Virus record (IMG/VR): IMGVR_UViG_3300017745_000022
Span: 1-40,263 of that record
Length of the DNA: 40,263 nucleotides
Source: a virus
Taxonomy: Duplodnaviria > Caudoviricetes
Strand: one strand, 5' to 3'
Shown here: positions 37,527-40,263 of the stretch, piece after piece
How positions within the stretch are numbered: position 1 is the first letter of the stretch
Layout of the letters: each line of letters opens with the position of its first letter
Notes under the pieces: generated by a model
Databases searched by the model: none
What the model saw: the letters and a program-made list of their open reading frames with translations, nothing else
What the model was told of the DNA's origin: nothing
Made by a program: the position numbers and the translations under genes

Positions 37527-37772
37527 ATGATAGAATCATTTAACAATATAAGCGAAAAACAAATACCATCAGGTAAATATTATATCGTGTACTGCGATGA
37601 TGAAAACAGTGAGGATTTAGGCTTAATAACAGGCCCACATGTAGGACCAGCTTTGTTAAGCACGCCATTTAAACTATCTATTTCAGATAATAGACCAGAA
37701 CTTTTTACGCATTTATTAGAAGTTGGTGTAGAATTAGATGAAGAGCAGGGAGAAACTTTAGATTTTAGTTGA
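37527..37772 (+). CDS. small acidic hypothetical protein
   Basis: 81 aa, starts 2 nt after the stop of the large gene. Confidence 0.65.
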   Translation: MIESFNNISEKQIPSGKYYIVYCDDENSEDLGLITGPHVGPALLSTPFKLSISDNRPELFTHLLEVGVELDEEQGETLDFS

Positions 37773-37796
37773 CAAATTAAAAAAATGTGCCATCAT
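37769..37796 (+). promoter_or_regulatory. sigma70-like promoter TTGACA-16-CATCAT with TGn
   Basis: Lies 8 nt before the ATG at 37805. Confidence 0.55.
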
Positions 37797-37804
37797 TGGT
37801 AAAA

Positions 37805-37987
37805 ATGAGTAAGTGGACACAAAAACAAAAAGGAGCTCTTTGGAAAAAAGATTCCAGTAAAACAAAATATTTATCTGGTTATGTTGAAATAGATGGCATT
37901 CAACATAGAATCGTAATATTCCCAAATAAATATAAAGAAGAGAAAAAACATCCAGAATTTATAATATATCAACCATTCGAAAAATAA
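37805..37987 (+). CDS. small DUF736-like beta-rich protein
   Basis: GALWKK.....YLSG.V......IVIFPN......HP.F.I; ATG 37805 preferred over GTG 37787. Confidence 0.65.
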   Translation: MSKWTQKQKGALWKKDSSKTKYLSGYVEIDGIQHRIVIFPNKYKEEKKHPEFIIYQPFEK

Positions 37988-37988
37988 A

Positions 37989-38477
37989 ATGAGTAATTGG
38001 AAGGGTACAAGTAGTTGGAATCGTGGTCAACGAGTAGAAAAAGAATTTATAAAACTTTTAAAACAAAGGGATCCGAATTATCGCAAGGCAAATAGAGAAG
38101 ACCAATTTAGGCATATTGATTATCACACTAATTTTGGGACAATTGATGTAAAAGCTCAAAAAAGAATTAGTAGGTCTGATTCTAAAGAGCAAGATGAATT
38201 AATTTGGGTGGAGTTCTTAAATGTACAAGGTCGTGATGGTTGGCTTAAATCAGCAGTAGATATCATAGCCTTTGAAAGACTTAATGATTTTCTGCTTGTT
38301 AAACGAAATTATTTGTTAGGTTTAGCTAAATCTATCTGCGATTTAAATAAAAGAGTATTTACTAGTAAAGATGCTTTATACAAAGGATACCAAAGACAAG
38401 GTAGAAAAGATTTAATCTCAATAATTAAAATGAGTGACATAGAAAATTTGCCACATAAAATTTGGAAAAAAGTGTAA
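37989..38477 (+). CDS. PD-(D/E)xK restriction-like endonuclease
   Basis: G...E..F, HID, IDVK, WVE...GW. Confidence 0.7.
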   Translation: MSNWKGTSSWNRGQRVEKEFIKLLKQRDPNYRKANREDQFRHIDYHTNFGTIDVKAQKRISRSDSKEQDELIWVEFLNVQGRDGWLKSAVDIIAFERLNDFLLVKRNYLLGLAKSICDLNKRVFTSKDALYKGYQRQGRKDLISIIKMSDIENLPHKIWKKV

Positions 38478-38485
38478 ATATTTTT
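38472..38485 (+). promoter_or_regulatory. GTGTAA-N8-ATG motif
   Basis: GTGTAA ATATTTTT ATG. Confidence 0.65.
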
Positions 38486-38731
38486 ATGAAAGGTTATATA
38501 AAAATTGTTGGAGTTAATGATGGCTCTACGAGATTGAAAGACGCCTCTGGACAAGGAGAATTAGTTTATCAATTTCATAAAAACTACACCCTTAAATTTC
38601 AAAACGAAGAGTTTTTTGTTGAATTGTTAGACTTTATTATAGAAGAGAAAGTTATAGAATTTTCTGCTTGGATAGGTGATAAAGAGCATCAATATGGCAG
38701 AGTGGCTTTTCAGTTTGAACCAAATAATTGA
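38486..38731 (+). CDS. hypothetical protein
   Basis: Start reassigned to ATG 38486 on the basis of the motif. Confidence 0.65.
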   Translation: MKGYIKIVGVNDGSTRLKDASGQGELVYQFHKNYTLKFQNEEFFVELLDFIIEEKVIEFSAWIGDKEHQYGRVAFQFEPNN

Positions 38732-38770
38732 AAAATTTCTAAATAATCTTATTATAGTGTAAATGAGATT
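38728..38770 (+). promoter_or_regulatory. tandem TTGAAA-16-TATTAT and GTGTAA-N8-ATG signals
   Basis: -35 at 38728-38733, -10 at 38750-38755, GTGTAA at 38757-38762, ATG at 38771. Confidence 0.65.
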
Positions 38771-39256
38771 ATGTTTGGACTTGTCACGATGCTATTATCG
38801 ACACTGGGGGCGACTGGGATGGGCAGTATGCTTAAAATTCTTGGTGGCTCTTTTCAAGGCATTTCAGAAGCTAAAGCTCAAAAAGAACGTCGTGAACTTA
38901 TTAGAGATATGCAAATCAAAGGTATGGACTTGGAGTTTCAAAAACTTCTCGTTGGTGCGACTGATAAAGATACTGGCATGTTTACTAGGGCTACTCGTCG
39001 TCTCATTGCTTTTATGGGGATGCTCAACTTTTTCGTCATCTCGGTACTCTGCACCCTCTACCCTGGAGTCACTCTCGTCACCTTCACTCCCCCCGAAAAT
39101 AAAGAAGCCACCAGTATCCTCTGGGGACTCATCACCTTCCCAAGTGGAGCAGATATTACAACGAGTATTACAACGGGACACATCTCTTTGGTTGCAGTCA
39201 CCACTTTGGGAGCAATCATCGGATTCTACTTCACTCCTGGAGGGAAAAGCGGATGA
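38771..39256 (+). CDS. 3-TM membrane protein, holin-like
   Basis: Hydrophobic N-terminus, charged linker, TRRLIA-TM, final TM ending GAIIGFYF. Confidence 0.6.
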   Translation: MFGLVTMLLSTLGATGMGSMLKILGGSFQGISEAKAQKERRELIRDMQIKGMDLEFQKLLVGATDKDTGMFTRATRRLIAFMGMLNFFVISVLCTLYPGVTLVTFTPPENKEATSILWGLITFPSGADITTSITTGHISLVAVTTLGAIIGFYFTPGGKSG

Positions 39257-39366
39257 CAAATAAAAGATTTTTACCAGAAGCTCCAAGACCTTTAACTCAA
39301 GAAGAGCTCAAAAGAATTGATTTAAAAATACAAAAATTAATTGCCGAAAGAAAAAAAGCCAAATAA
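39253..39366 (+). CDS. 37-aa basic peptide
   Basis: MTNKRFLPEAPRPLTQEELKRIDLKIQKLIAERKKAK*; ATGA overlap with the upstream gene and fills the gap. Confidence 0.5.
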   Translation: MTNKRFLPEAPRPLTQEELKRIDLKIQKLIAERKKAK

Positions 39367-39372
39367 AACATT

Positions 39373-39657
39373 ATGATAGGAGATATATTAAACTTTGTAG
39401 AACAAATAGGAGTACCAATTACAAGTGCGTTGGCAGTTGGTTGGTTTCTGTTTATTATTATTAAATTTCTTTTAGCCCAAGTAACAGACAAGATTTCAAG
39501 TATTTCAAAATCGTTACTATCGCTCGAAAATAAAGTAGATGTAATGAACAACGATATTGTAAAGATTGATGCACAGTTTTCGTGTGCGTTTGGTTGCGAG
39601 CCAAATATAGATAGAATCGCGGCTAGCGAGGGTAAGGAAGATTGCCGAGACGATTAA
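39373..39657 (+). CDS. small single-TM coiled-coil membrane protein
   Basis: GVPI.SAL.VGWFLF TM, then heptads and NDIVKID. Confidence 0.75.
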   Translation: MIGDILNFVEQIGVPITSALAVGWFLFIIIKFLLAQVTDKISSISKSLLSLENKVDVMNNDIVKIDAQFSCAFGCEPNIDRIAASEGKEDCRDD

Positions 39658-39660
39658 AAC

Positions 39661-39688
39661 TTGACAAAACGACTTTAATACTTAGTAT
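39661..39688 (+). promoter_or_regulatory. sigma70-like promoter TTGACA-16-TAGTAT
   Basis: Intergenic, upstream of the ATG at 39706. Confidence 0.65.
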
Positions 39689-39705
39689 AAGACAAATAAA
39701 CAATT

Positions 39706-39984
39706 ATGAGTGGATATGAATTTCAACATTGGGCTGACCTAGTCAGCAAGTTTGGATTTTCGCTAATAGCGTTAATCGGATTAGGATTCTTTGTGTGGCA
39801 CATTTGGAAATGGGTTACAACTAAAGTAAATCCTGCTCTAAGTGATGTCGGTTCTTCTTTGGGAAAGCTAAAGAAGCAAATACAATCATTAGATAATGAT
39901 ATGATTAGACTGAATATGAAACTAAAAATTCTTATTCAAGAGCGTCACATTACCGACAAACATAAATCCAATGATGAAGATTAA
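39706..39984 (+). CDS. small single-TM coiled-coil membrane protein (paralogue of the previous gene)
   Basis: GFSLIALIGLGFFVW TM, then heptads and NDMIRLN. Confidence 0.75.
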   Translation: MSGYEFQHWADLVSKFGFSLIALIGLGFFVWHIWKWVTTKVNPALSDVGSSLGKLKKQIQSLDNDMIRLNMKLKILIQERHITDKHKSNDED

Positions 39985-40026
39985 ATCGCTCGCCAAATAA
40001 AAAAAATCGCAAATAAGTATATATAT

Positions 40027-40263
40027 ATGGAATTATTATCAAACCCACTAACCTATATCGTAGGTGTTATCGTTGTCTTAGCTGTTTTAGAGCTTAAAAA
40101 AGGCAAGAAATGCTCACCGAACTCTAAAGAGGCAAATAAGTGTAATGCACAAAAGTCAGCACCGACTTTTAAAACAAAGCCAACCTACGCAAGTAGCACA
40201 CCGAAGCAAAAAACTGCTTCTGCAACTAAGAAAACTGCAACTAAGAAAACTGCAACTAAGAAA
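40027..40263 (+). CDS. membrane-anchored Lys/Ala/Thr-rich protein (runs off the window)
   Basis: MELLSNPLTYIVGVIVVLAVLELKKGKK...ATKKTATKKTATK; frame stays open to the window end. Confidence 0.7.
   Translation, partial: MELLSNPLTYIVGVIVVLAVLELKKGKKCSPNSKEANKCNAQKSAPTFKTKPTYASSTPKQKTASATKKTATKKTATKK
40220..40263 (+). repeat. 15-bp tandem repeat CTGCAACTAAGAAAA (about 3 copies, truncated by the window end)
   Basis: Units start at 40220, 40235 and 40250; encodes ATKKT. Confidence 0.9.

Noticed and set aside
38763-39286. Alternative-frame ORFs 38763-39263(+) and 38864-39286(-) as nested spanin-like genes
   Set aside because: The GTGTAA-N8 spacing points to ATG 38771. An internal LLWGC resembles a lipobox but has no clear dedicated start, and local high GC explains the open frames.
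1-40263. Stop-codon reassignment, inteins, introns, diversity-generating retroelement, tRNAs
   Set aside because: Genes are intact and tightly packed under the standard code, with TAA, TAG and TGA all used as stops. No splice motifs, reverse transcriptase or cloverleaf seen, and intergenic gaps are too short for tRNAs.

Overview
AT-rich, gene-dense segment of a large tailed phage genome. Standard genetic code; no tRNA, rRNA or CRISPR array seen. Left arm (+ strand, 1-18.7 kb): replication and recombination genes (RecA, DnaB, primase, PD-(D/E)xK nucleases, a Pol III split into PHP, DnaQ and DnaE genes, a Rad52-like annealase). These are mixed with accessory genes: the 3' end of gmd, an outer-membrane beta-barrel, a single-ring ClpA-like ATPase ending in IGF, an APH-like kinase, an ATE/Bpt-like aminoacyl-tRNA-protein transferase and glycosyltransferases. 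Middle (- strand, 18.7-33.4 kb): a lambda-type tail-tip module with duplicated I and J genes (L-K-I-I-J-x-J). Right arm (+): a GNAT-like gene, a large LRR-containing protein, a nuclease and small membrane/holin-like genes. Two recurring regulatory signals are visible by eye: sigma70-like promoters with a 16-bp spacer (10 sites) and GTGTAA-N8-ATG (5 exact sites). Strongest candidates for new biology: a phage-encoded targeted proteolysis (N-degron-like) kit, a doubled tail tip, and the two-class promoter grammar. All protein calls come from motif recognition by eye; no searches were run.
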